Assembly: GCF_022045235.1 (NCBI RefSeq)
Contig: NW_027266272.1
Span: 7,750,001-7,814,000, forward strand
DNA length: 64,000 nucleotides
DNA from: Haliotis cracherodii
Taxonomy: Eukaryota
Direction: 5' to 3'
In this document: one piece after another, positions 52,901 to 64,000 of the stretch
Position numbering within the stretch: position 1 is the first letter of the stretch
How the letters are laid out: every line of letters starts with the position of its first letter
Position numbers and translations under genes: made by a program
The notes under the pieces: model-generated
What the model was told of the DNA's origin: nothing
Databases searched by the model: none
The model's input: only the letters and a program-made list of their open reading frames with translations

Positions 52901-55900
52901 CAAGAGATTCCATGGCATAAACCGAAAAACAGATGTGTAAATGTCCGCCTTGATCACCTGTTGATTTATAAATGTCCGTCAATGTTTCAGCTGGCAACTG
53001 TGTATAAGGAATCCATGCAGGACAGAGAGAAAGTGAAGGTACCACATCCCATTATAAAGCTGTTGTGAAGTAGCAGTAGTAGCAGCAGTAGCAGTAGCAG
53101 TAGCAGCAGTAGTAGTAGTAGTAATAGTAGTAGTAGCTGGCAACTGTGTACAAGGAATCCATGCAGGACAGAGAGAAAGTGAAGGTACCACATCCCATTA
53201 TAAAGCTGTTGTGAAGTAGCAGTAGTAGCAGCAGTAGCAGTAGCAGTAGCAGCAGTAGTAGTAGTAGTAGTAGTAGTAGCTGGCAACTGTGTACAAGGAA
53301 TCCATGCAGGACAGAGAGAAAGTGAAGGTACCACATCTCATTATAAAGCTGTTGTGTAGTAGCAGTAATGGCAGCAGTAGTAGTAGTAGTAGTAGTTTGG
53401 CCTGATCACTGGTTCTAATACCAGATTCACTGACTGATCCTTGCTTTGTCAGCACAATGAATATGTATGTTTGTTTCTCCATATTGTTTACTTAATACTT
53501 ACTCATACTTGAAATATGGTATGGGGCCTTCATCTGTCTCACAGGAGAATGGGGTCCTCTCTAAGTATTTGTAAGAGAGTGGTCAGGTGACTTGGTTGAT
53601 TCCGGATCAATGTTTGCACAGAAAACCCTGGCCACGTCTCAGGACCGAGCGTTCCGACGGATCTCGGAGCTGAAGGAGCAGATACAGCTGGACCAGCTGG
53701 CCAAACGGGACCTGGAGCAGAACTACCGACTCCTCCTGGAGGAGAAGGAGGAGTTTATCAAGGTGCTCCAGATGCAGGTATGCTCAAACACACAATACTT
53801 GCAGGTATGCTCAAACACTCAATACTTGCAGGTATGCTCAAACACACAATACTTGCAGGTAAGCTCAAACACAATACTAGCAGGTATGCTCAAACACACA
53901 ATACTTGCAGGTATGCTCAAACACTCAATACTTGCAGGTATGCTCAAACACTCAATACTTGCAGGTATGCTCAAACACTCAATACTTGCAGGTATGCTCA
54001 AACACTCAATACTTGCAGGTACGCTCAAACACTCAATACTTGCAGGTATGCTCAAACACACAATACTTGCAGGTATGCTCAAACACTCAATACTTGCAGG
54101 TACGCTCAAACACACAATACTTGCAGGTATGCTCAAACACTCAATACTTGCAGGTATGCTCAAACACACAATACTTGCAGGTATGCTCAAACACACAATA
54201 CTTGCAGGTATGCTCAAACACAATACTTGCAGGTACACTCAAACACTCAATACTTGCAGGTATGCTCAAACACAATACTTGCAGGTATGCTCAAACACAC
54301 AATACTTGCAGGTATGCTCAAACACACAATACTTGCAGGTAAGCTCAAACACAATACTTGCAGGTACGCTCAAACACACAATACTTGCAGGTACGCTCAA
54401 ACACACAATACTTGCAGGTATGCTCAAACACAATACTTGCAGGTACGCTCAAATATACAATTCTTGCAGGTACACTCAAACACAATACTTGCAGGTACGC
54501 TCAAACACACAATACATGCAGGTACGCTCAAACACACAAATCATGCAGTTACGCTCAAACACAATACTTGCAGGTATGCTCAAACTCAATACTTGCAGGT
54601 ACGCTCAAACACAATACTTGCAGGTACTCTCAAACATACAATACTTGCAGGTACACTCAAACACAATACTTGCAGGTACGCTCAAACACAATACTTGCAG
54701 GTACGCTCAAACACACAATACATGCAGGTACTCTCAAACACACAAATCATGCAGTTATGCTCAAACACAATACTTGCAGGTATGCTCAAACTCAATACTT
54801 GCAGGTACGCTCAAACACAATACTTGCAGGTACTCTCAAACATACAATACTTGCAGGTACACTCAAACACAATACTTGCAGGTACGCTCAAACACAATAC
54901 TTGCAGGTACGCTCAAACACACAAATCATGCAGTTACACTCAAACACAATACTTGCAGGTACTCTCAAACACAATACTTGCAGGTACGCTCAAACATACA
55001 ATCCTTGCAGGGACGCTCAAACACAATACATGCAAGTACGCTCAAACACAATACTTGCAGATACGCTCAAACACAATACTTGCAGGTATGCTCAAACACA
55101 CAATACTTGCAGGTACTCTCAAACACAATACTTGCAGGTACTCTCAAACACAATACTTGCAGGTACGCTCAAGCACACAATACTTGCAGCGACGCTCAAA
55201 CACAATACATGCAGGTACGCTCAAACACAATACTTGAAGGTACGCTCAAACACAATACTTGCAAGTACGCTAAATTATACAATACTTGCAGGTACTCTCG
55301 AACACAATACATGCAGGTACACTCAAACAGCACATGCAGGTTTGCTGTGTNNNNNNNNNNNNNNNNNNNNNNNNNNNNNNNNNNNNNNNNNNNNNNNNNN
55401 NNNNNNNNNNNNNNNNNNNNNNNNNNNNNNNNNNNNNNNNNNNNNNNNNNNNNNNNNNNNNNNNNNNNNNNNNNNNNNNNTTTGTCTATTCAATGCATAG
55501 CAAAGCTCATTGGCAACCCTCAAACAATTCCTTATTAAATCGACCCATGTTGAAATATATGACAATTTTCGTATGTATTTTATTTTGTATTGTATCCATG
55601 TATTTCACTGATATTAGTATAAATTCATGTCAAATTTATGCTGGCTTTGCTACTGCTAAAATGTTAATAATCACTTGTTTCAAATAATTCCCTACTGCAT
55701 TCAAACAAACAGAAGCATTTTCAACTATTGCAGGTGAAACTGTTGAAGGAAGGCAAGGAGATTCCACCCGAGCTGCAGGAGAAACTCTCCCCGAAGACAA
55801 GCGCAGCAGTTGTCCCCCCTGGTTCCCCAGACACACCCGGGGGAACAGATGAAGTGAGCATACTGAAGAAGAAGGTCAGTGGATTTCCCCACTAGTGACT

Positions 55901-58900
55901 AAGTACAGACTTTGTGGCCCCTGAAGATCCGGGGTAGCATTGGTATTCACATGATTCAGCAAACCATGTTTGTCATAAATAGCTGCCTGGCACCTGCCCA
56001 TGGCTGGTAACTTTGTATCTTTTCTGTCGGGCTGCAGGAAATTTTGCTCTCCCTGCCCGACTGTCTGGCAGATAGTTTTAAGACTACTGATGTATTCAGT
56101 TTTATTATAACTCCTTGCAGATTGTGAGCTTTTTTTCAACTGAATCAAGACATGATTTGTCTCTAAGGTTTTGCTATATTTTAATATTGCTAATGCCTGA
56201 ATGCAGGCAGGTAACTTTCAAGATGGGCAGGCAACACTTATAGGTCACCTGAGTTTTAAAACTATTTCAGACTTTGCTTGCCATAAGAGGTGACAAACGA
56301 GATCGGGTGGTCAGACTTGCTGGCTTGTTTCATACATGTCATTGATCCCAATTGCATAGGTCGATGCTCATGATGTCAATCCCTGGATTGTCTAGTCCAG
56401 AGTTGATTATTTACAGACCACCGTCATATGGCAGGAATATTGCTGAGTGTGTTGTAATGACAAACAAACAAACTGACTTGGTATTAGTAAATGTATTGTT
56501 CAGGATTACAGTTTACCAGGCACACAATTGATTGATGTAGCATATGTCAGAATTATTTACTTCACCCGTCAAAATACCCCCCTCTGTGGGAATCATTCAT
56601 TCTTTTACAATAAGTCCTAATGGCCCTTGTAGATGAATCGCCTGGAGGGTTTGCTGACTCGGTGCAAGGAAACCATTAAATCCGGTAAGGAGAAGAACCT
56701 GGTCCTGGCCACGGAGAAGGAGGAGCTGGAGAGGAAGATGGATGACTTGCAGAGGGAGAATGAGAGAATCAAGGTCAGTGAACAGTCGCTCGTTTTGGAA
56801 CTTAGTGTAGTCTTTTCTATGGCCAACCAGACACTTTGTTGCGATACAGTTCAGATGTCTGTAGTTGGGTGGCGATACAAATGATAAACTGACTCTTGAA
56901 GCTCTTGAGGTTTACTCCTGTGGATGATTTATCTAGTGCTGCTCAGAGGTGGATATTCAGTCTTAAGTCTGCAGCAAATGATAGTAAAAATTCCAGTGTC
57001 AATTCAAAATTTTCCAATTCCTCAGTATTTAAGAAAATAAAAACAGTAAAAAAATTCAATTTTGAACAGTATTACTATTATTTCCAATTTGCCTGCCAAG
57101 GGCACTTTGTGGAATCCTGTATATCCTGCTTAACAACTGTTGGCTCAACTTAACATATTTAGTAGATTTATGTCAATTAATAATACAGTGGCTTAAGACA
57201 ATTTTACAATTTATGTTTAAATGTAAAGTTTTATGACATAATAAGAAAGATTATTCCACTTAATTTTTCACTTAATAATTCTATATCCTCCTAGACATAT
57301 TCCCCCTTAGCAAGGCTGGTGTTGGATCCACCTTGTTTGTGACGAAACAAGGGTCAAGGTCAGTCTGGGGGTCAAGGTTAGGGATTGGTGTTGGGTCAAG
57401 GTCAGGTCAAGTTAGGTTTAGGGTTTTACAGGTTCCGAACTTGTGTCACAGTGATGAATAGCTGTTTCCCTTCCCTAGACTGGTGGAGGAGGCACGCCAG
57501 ATGTGACGAAGCTGCAGGGTCAGATCAAGCAGGCGCGGAAGCTGATCCAGCAGCTGGAGACCGATCGCGAGCTGGCCATCGCAGAAGTCAAGAAGCAGGT
57601 GCATGAGGAGCTAGAGAGGAAGGACGAGGAACTCCGGGAGGTCAAGGGTCAGGCCCAGGTGTGGCAGGTCGAGAACACCAACCTGAAAGAGAAGTCTGAG
57701 AGGCTGGAGAAACAAGGTACGTCATTCAGGGATGCTGGAATGACAGTAGTAATTCATACTTTTATGCAAAACAGTTACCATGGTAATTGCATGCCTGAAA
57801 TGTATCTATGGTAACGCATAAATATGGCGCAGTAGTTAATAAGTACCAGTCAACAGATATTTAAAATCATTTCGATTTTAAAAATTACTGTCTTAAAACT
57901 GTTAATCAGGAAACTAAAGTACTCATGGAAATGAAAAAAAACTGTTTTTTCAACCTCAGATCTTAAATTATTGCAGTTAATATACAAAATATGTAAATAT
58001 TCAAACAACTAAATTAGTACTAATTTGGCCGTGGCACAAATACAGCGTATCAAATGTTTTTATGCCTTTTTACATGTAAAAGTGTGTAAAAATGTGAATA
58101 AAACAGACTATTGTGAAACAGGGCATAACCAGGTGTAAGTAGATCAAGGTGACCTATGACACCTTGACGACAGGTGAGAACAGGTGCATAATGCCTATAG
58201 TCTGTTTCTGCTATGTCAATTTGGACTTAGTTTTATTTTTGAATGTTGAAAGTGCCGACAAATTACCTCCTGTAAAGTACATTTTGTATTGTTCACTGAG
58301 ATCAAACTAGCAATTCCAGTCTAGTACTTTTCGAGTTGTTTTGTTATTTCGTATTTACAGCTACGTAACACTTTGAGTCGATTTTCAAATTGAGAAAAAC
58401 AGTTTTTTTCCATTTCCGTGAGTACTTTAGTGCATCACCATGGCATGTTGGGAGCTGTGTTATGTGATGCACGTCATTGTATCCTGCATATGCACTGACC
58501 CTGATGTTACAGTAATCCCCAGTACAGTACAACACGGATATAACAAACCCGGATATAGCGAACAAACGGATACAACGAACTGTAAAAAAATCCCTTAATT
58601 ATCTCCCATGTAATATCATATAAAATTTACGTATATAAAGAACTCTCTACAGCGAACTAACGGATTCAGCGAACTGATATCTGATCACCGACGAGCCAAT
58701 CTATCACTAATTACTGACTTGTATAGCGAACTGAGAAATCTCACTCAGTTTCAAGTGTCACTGACAATTGGCTGTACGCAATCAGTGGCAAATCAACCCA
58801 ATGGCGGCAAATCAATTCAATCAGCGGTGACTGATCAACCTTGTTAAATTTGCATTGTGTTAATCTTACCTGTACATGTAATCTTGTCTGTAAAACAAAC

Positions 58901-61900
58901 ATTAAACATATACATTTTACAAGATTGTGTCCAAGTGTCAGTTCACTTGCATATGCTATCATGGCGTGTAACGTGTATTGTGTTTTGTCTTATCCAAGAT
59001 GGCGGACTTTTCCGAGCGAAAACGTGTATAACGAACAACGGAAATCACTAACTGATTTCTCTGGTCCCTTGTGGTACGATATATCCTTGTTCTACTGTAA
59101 TTGCAATTTCTTGCAAGAGAGGGCCATCCATGCATTAATTCCTAGTTTACAGTACGTTAATCCTGAACTCTACTGCAGTGCAAGAACAGCTGGACAAATC
59201 AAGGGAGATAATCCGGCGGATGAAGGAGGAGAAGGCGCACCTGAAGACGGAGATGCAAGAGAGACTGGAGGCCTCAGAGCAGAGTCTGGAGGAGGAGAAG
59301 GAGACGTTGGTCCAGGAGCTGTCCCGGGGAAAGTCTGCCGCCATCTCGCTCATGCAGGTACATCTCACACTGAATGTCTCATAGGTTGGACTGGCTCCCC
59401 AGTGACAGCAAAACCACATTATCGGTGGTTCATACCAAGCTCGGGGGCACGGGTGGCCCAGTCGTCTAAGGTGCCGCAATTCGCTGTGCAGAGTTGCGTC
59501 CCTTGGGCACGCCAGAAACCTATGATTGTGGGTTTGAATCCCGGTTTGCCCCGATTATGTTTCTAGGTTTGTCAGCACCATACCCGTCCTCGTGGGTTTC
59601 ACTTCGGGCTTTCCTCCCACATTAAGCTGACACGCCGTGATATGACTGTAATACTGTTAAAAGCGGCGTTAAACACAACTCACTCACTCACTCATACCAA
59701 GCTCCTCACAGTGATAGCAGAGCCCTCTATACTATCGCTGCATATTGTGTATTTATGATTAAATAAAGACATATTTATTCGTAAGAATTGATTCAATATG
59801 TTTTGATGTTTATACTTCCAGAGACACAAAAAATATTGAACAGTATCATGTCCATGTATTATAATGCCATAGGTCATGTTCTCTTCATAAGGTGCTGTCA
59901 ATGGCCAGAGACTTTTATGCAATACTCTCATCAATTATTATGTAATCTGTTAACTGTTACTTTCCGTTTGATAATGATAATTGTCATACCTCTATGTCAG
60001 AATGATGAGATCTGATTGGTCCACGAAATCTTGATGAAATACAATGTATCCCACCTTGGAGGGGAATAAATTTCCTACTCTGGGTACATGGGGAGTCATG
60101 TATCCTGCCTTGGAGGGAAATGAATTTCCTACTCTGGGTACATGGGGAGTCATGTATCCCACCTTGGAGTGGAATAAATGTCCTACTCAGGGTACATGGG
60201 GAGTCATGTATCCCACCTTGGAGGGGAATGAATGTCCTACTCAGGGTACATGGGGAGTCATGTATCCCGCCTTGGAGGGGTATGAATGTCCTACTCAGGG
60301 TACATGAGGATTTATGTATGCCACCTTGGAGTGGAATAATTATTATTTCCTACTCAGGGTACATGGGGAGTCATGTATCTCACCTTGGAGGGGAATAAAT
60401 TTCCTACTCAGGGTACATGGGGAGTCATGTATCTCACCTTGGAGGGGAATAAATTTCCTACTCAAGGTACATGGGAAGTCATGTATCCTACCTTGGAGGG
60501 GAATAAATTTCCTACTCAGGGTACATGGGGAGTCATGTATCTCACCTTGGAGGGGAATAAATTTCCTACTCAGGGTACATGGGGAGTCATGTATCTCACC
60601 TTGGAGGGGAATAAATTTCCTACTCAAGGTACATGGGAAGTCATGTATCCTACCTTGGAGGGGAATAAATTTCCTACTCAGGGTACATGGGGAGTCATGT
60701 ATCTCACCTTGGAGGGGAATAAATTTCCTCCATCAGGGTATTTTGGATACAGTTTTTATTTAATATTCTTATCAGAAACAAAAAAAAAAGAAATAGCCAT
60801 GTAAGCCATGAATGTTGTCTGTTGTAGCAAGAGACGGAGAAGGTGATGCACGAGAAGATCGAGGCCAGTGTGGGAGAGAGAGACGGCATCTGGCAACTCA
60901 AGATGGCTGACCAAGAGAAGGCCCACCAGGAGGTGCTGGAGGCCAAGGTCAGTGTGGGCTGATCGTGTTGCGATATATTCAACTAGACTACTTGCACAAA
61001 GGGGGCATGGTCCATGGTACTGCAAATAAGCCTTTTAGTGGTTCCTTTAATCTGAGGATTGTTATTTGAAGTCTTTGATTGACCAATCAGAACATGGTAG
61101 GATTTAGGAGATATATTTACTATGTTATTGGGGGAGCGGTCGGGTAGCTAGTGGTTAAATTGTTCGTTCGTCATGGCAAAGACCCGGGTTCAAATCCCCA
61201 AATGGGTGCAATGTGTGAAACCAAAAGTAATTTCTTGAGCCTATTCTAAAGATTCTTCCTGTAGTTTGGTGAGGTGAAATAGGGTTTAACGTTTCCAAGA
61301 TTATTGCACTTATTAACGAGGTGCATGCAAGTGTGTGTGTGTGGCTGCTTGTACTAGTCCGGACTGATGCCGATTTATAGTGCTAGCTCACTGAGAAACC
61401 ATGCTGCAGTTTAACATGAATACCCCACTCAGACACGGTATACTGACTCTGAGCCGACCAGTCCTTGTTTTATCCCCTTAATGCTGAGCACCAGACAAGG
61501 TAACAACAAGTACGTCTTTTGGTATGACGCGGCCAGGGTTCGAACATTATTATTATAATTCTACTCACCTCTGTCTGTGGTTCCCAATTCCCCATGCTGG
61601 ATGTTTGATGTGACTAAACTGATGGCTGCAGGAAATAGTGTTGTTGGTGTTGCAGGAGAGGGAGAAGGAGCTAGCGGTGACACAGCTGCAGGAGGAGTTA
61701 CGGCGGAGGCTGGATGAGAAGGAGGAGGAGATGCGCCTGGCAGTGGAGGAGCGAGAGCTGCAGAAGATGGCCTCCGTCTCCGAGATTGACACTCAGAAAG
61801 ACCAGCTGCACCTCCAGATCGACAGACTTAACTCAGTGAGTGTAATAGTCAATGTGGTCAGTGTTTGACTGAACTCAGTGAGTGTATGACTCAACATGAC

Positions 61901-64000
61901 CAGTGTTTGACTTAACTCAGTGAGTGTATGACTCAACTTGATAAGTGTTTGACTTAACTCGGTGAGCATGTGGCCCAACTTGGTGAGTGTTTGACTTAAC
62001 TTGGTGAGTGTTTGACTTAACTTAGTGAGTGTTTGACTTAACTTGATATGTGTTTGACTTAACCCGGTGAGCGTGTGGCTCAACTTGGTCAGTGTTTGAC
62101 ATGAGTCAATGTTCGAGTTGATTCAGTAAATGTTTGACTCAACTTGTGTTTTAGTGTTTTACTTTGCTGTGTGAGTTTCAAACTCAACTTGGTCAGCGTT
62201 TAACTTTAACTCAGTCTTTGACTTTATTCAGTGATTGTTTGACTTGACTTGGTCAGTGTTTTACTCAACTGTGAGTGTTTTCTAATTGGTATGAATGTAT
62301 GAATCGACTTGGTGACTGTTACTTATTACCGTGAATGTTTTTCACAACATGGCAAGTCTATAACTTGACTCAGTCATTGTTTGAAACGACTTGGTGAGTG
62401 CCACTTAAACTTGGGAGTGTTTGACTGTCCTCTGTGAGTGTTTGACTTGACTCATTGAGTGTCTGATTTGTTTGACTCAGTGGGTGAGTCTGTGAGTGTG
62501 ACCCAACTCGGCCAGATTTTGAATTGACTCAAAGGATGTATGCTAGGGCTGGGACGATATCGATACAACAACTGTGCGATCCGATACGTATCACGATAAC
62601 TTGTTCACAATCCGATACGTATCACGATACTTGTACGTGCTCTTATCTGTGTAAGCCATCTTTTTCATAGACAGGATAGTCAAATAACTGGCACACTGAT
62701 GATTTACAGTTGGCAGTGTCAAGTATGACGCATCAGATTTACTTTTTCACTACTAATTTTCACTACTAATTAGTGTTAAGTGTAACAGCCATTAAAGTAA
62801 AACATTTCAGGTATGAATCAATATTTTGTACCTAGTGTGCGACTATTGGGAAGTAACATATCACGATTCACCGATGCATCGGTGCACCACTAATGGTGGC
62901 AATAGATTGGTGTAACTTTATTAGTTCTATAGTTTCTGAAACATACTGACTGTAAATGACCTTACCTTCTTGCCACTCGTCCAAGAGTTTCCTCATGCAG
63001 TGGCAGTAATCCCATGTCTCTGTGTAGGAGAAGATCGAGCTGGAGAACCAGGTGAGCAAGCTCCAGGATGACATGGCAACCGCTGCAGCCAACTTCACCC
63101 AGCAGATGGAGGAGATGACGAGCAAACATAATCAGGTACTGCAGTCACACACCTGTCAGGTAAAGTCACACAATTCTAATGGGTAAAGTCACACATCTAT
63201 CTGGTAATGGCACACAATCCTATCCGATAAAGTCATACAGTTTTATTGAGTAAAGTCACACAGTTCTATCGGATAAGGTCACACAATTATATCAGGTGAA
63301 TTGACACACCTTTGTCAATAATCAGTAACCATAATGTCAGACTCCATATGACCTCACCTCAATCTTCATGTCCTTGCAGGCCCTGGCAGGCTCGAATACA
63401 GAGCTGGAGTCTTACTACCAGGCCCAGCTGCAGGCCGTGAAGGGGCAGCAGCAACAACTGCTCCAAGACAAGAAGACCGAGCTGGAGTCGCTCGAGCAAG
63501 ACCTGAAGGAGGTCAAGGCCGCCATGGAGGAGAAGGAGTGTGAGCTGGAGGGTCGGACCGGCGACTACGAGAAACAGATCGCCAAGCTGCAGACTGACCT
63601 TGCAGAGAAGGAGGAGGAGAATGTGAAAGTTAAGAAAGAACTGGAGAATGTCCGACTTGAGTTTGAGGACGTAAGGACATCATTGACACAACAGATATCC
63701 AATTTGCAATCCACGGTTGATGGCTTGGAGTTGTGTAAGAAGGAGCTTGAAGAGAGCAGTGTGAAGTTAAAGGATGAGTTTGATTCTTTTAGGACAGAGA
63801 GTGAGAATCATGTGGAGGAGCTGACATCACAGAGAGAGAAGCTTGAAATTCAGCAAGCTCAGTTGGTGGAAAAGTGTCAGCAGATGAGTTCAGACCAAGT
63901 TGACTTTTCAAAATCTTTAGATGAGAAGGCATCTTTGGCTGAAACAGAGAAAGCAGACTTGTTGAATCAGATCGAGAGTAAAAATCAGGAACTTGCAAGT
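43906..64000 (+). CDS. GOLGA4: Golgin subfamily A member 4 (golgin-245) orthologue, 5' part; exons 43906-43986, 49691-49903, 52528-52791, 52991-53038, 53622-53777, 55734-55874, 56633-56773, 57479-57716, 59179-59357, 60828-60947, 61656-61835, 63028-63135, 63380->64000
   Basis: All exons have GT/AG ends and compatible phases. Motifs match recalled golgin-245: MFKNLKSKI, PSDIESE, SQDRAFRRISELKEQIQLDQLAK, LEEKEEFIKVLQMQV, LLTRCKETI, LIQQLETDRELAIAEVKKQVHEELERK, QELSR, EERELQK. Long coiled coil; the GRIP domain is presumably beyond the window. Confidence 0.92.
46750..47303. mobile_element. ~550-bp MITE with ~70-bp TIRs (other copies 34327-34807, 37125-37658)
   Basis: TIR catcttcccgaggcaag..aagtccagtttccacccttgccgaact; 8-9-bp flanking duplications (actaaaac; taaatgcag/taactgcag); superfamily uncertain (MULE- or P-like). 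Confidence 0.85.
50215..51420. repeat. 15/17-bp minisatellite in GOLGA4 intron 2
   Basis: Units catgacccacctcca(ca) changing to catgacccagctcta. Confidence 0.97.
51565..51993. mobile_element. hAT-type MITE with 8-bp TSD (similar TIR elements ~46028-46179, ~62543-62892)
   Basis: Ends tagaggtgcgcggta / gtacccatcacta flanked by agctgtag on both sides. Confidence 0.75.
53137..53327 (+). repeat. Two extra tandem copies of GOLGA4 exon 4 (53137-53184, 53280-53327) separated by (TAG/CAG)n
   Basis: The 48-nt exon, donor GTACCA and ~30 nt of intron are repeated three times with a ~145-bp period. Confidence 0.9.
53773..55340. repeat. 25-27-bp minisatellite derived from the GOLGA4 exon 5 donor, ~60 copies
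   Basis: Unit tgcaggtatgctcaaacacacaatact; the first unit overlaps the real donor ATGCAG|GTATGC. Confidence 0.97.
55351..55480. other. Assembly gap (130 N)
   Basis: Run of N at the end of the minisatellite. Confidence 1.
60044..60730. repeat. 54-bp minisatellite in GOLGA4 intron 9
   Basis: Unit atgtatctcaccttggaggggaataaatttcctactcagggtacatggggagtc, ~12 copies. Confidence 0.97.
61825..62520. repeat. ~21/42-bp degenerate tandem repeat starting at the GOLGA4 exon 11 donor
   Basis: gacttaactcagtgagtgt(a/t)tgactcaacttggtcagtgttt units decaying with distance. Confidence 0.85.

Noticed and set aside
53592-55538. 648-aa ORF and overlapping long ORFs
   Set aside because: Only 53622-53777 is GOLGA4 exon; the rest is a stop-free minisatellite plus Ns, open in several frames.

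Overview
Repeat-rich animal genomic DNA with spliceosomal introns. The SINE families suggest a mollusc, probably a gastropod such as abalone (inference, not verified). There are no prokaryotic features, CRISPR arrays or intact RNA genes. (1) 8.4-42.0 kb is a tandem cluster of 11 loci for small secreted cysteine-rich proteins. Exon 1 encodes a signal peptide and one 10-Cys VWC domain ending CCxxCP(N/D)G; after a phase-1 intron, exon 2 encodes a 4-Cys half-domain (GxNC..CxC..AxC). This matches the C-terminal half of vertebrate VWC2/Brorin. Seven loci are clean two-exon genes and one is a pseudogene. Three same-strand exon-1 cassettes (23.2, 27.8, 29.4 kb) have only one downstream exon 2, suggesting a variable-first-exon/constant-exon arrangement. 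Three other paralogs have diverged exon 1s but almost identical exon 2s. (2) From 43.9 kb to the end lies the 5' part of a golgin-245 (GOLGA4) orthologue with 13 exons traced in frame. It has a triplicated 48-nt exon and several minisatellites built from its own splice donors. The rest is SINEs, Tc1 relics, MITEs, a Gmr1-type LTR relic, a DIRS-like fragment, a 3.7-kb foldback-like insertion, many minisatellites and one 130-N gap. All comparisons were made by eye and from recalled family sequences.
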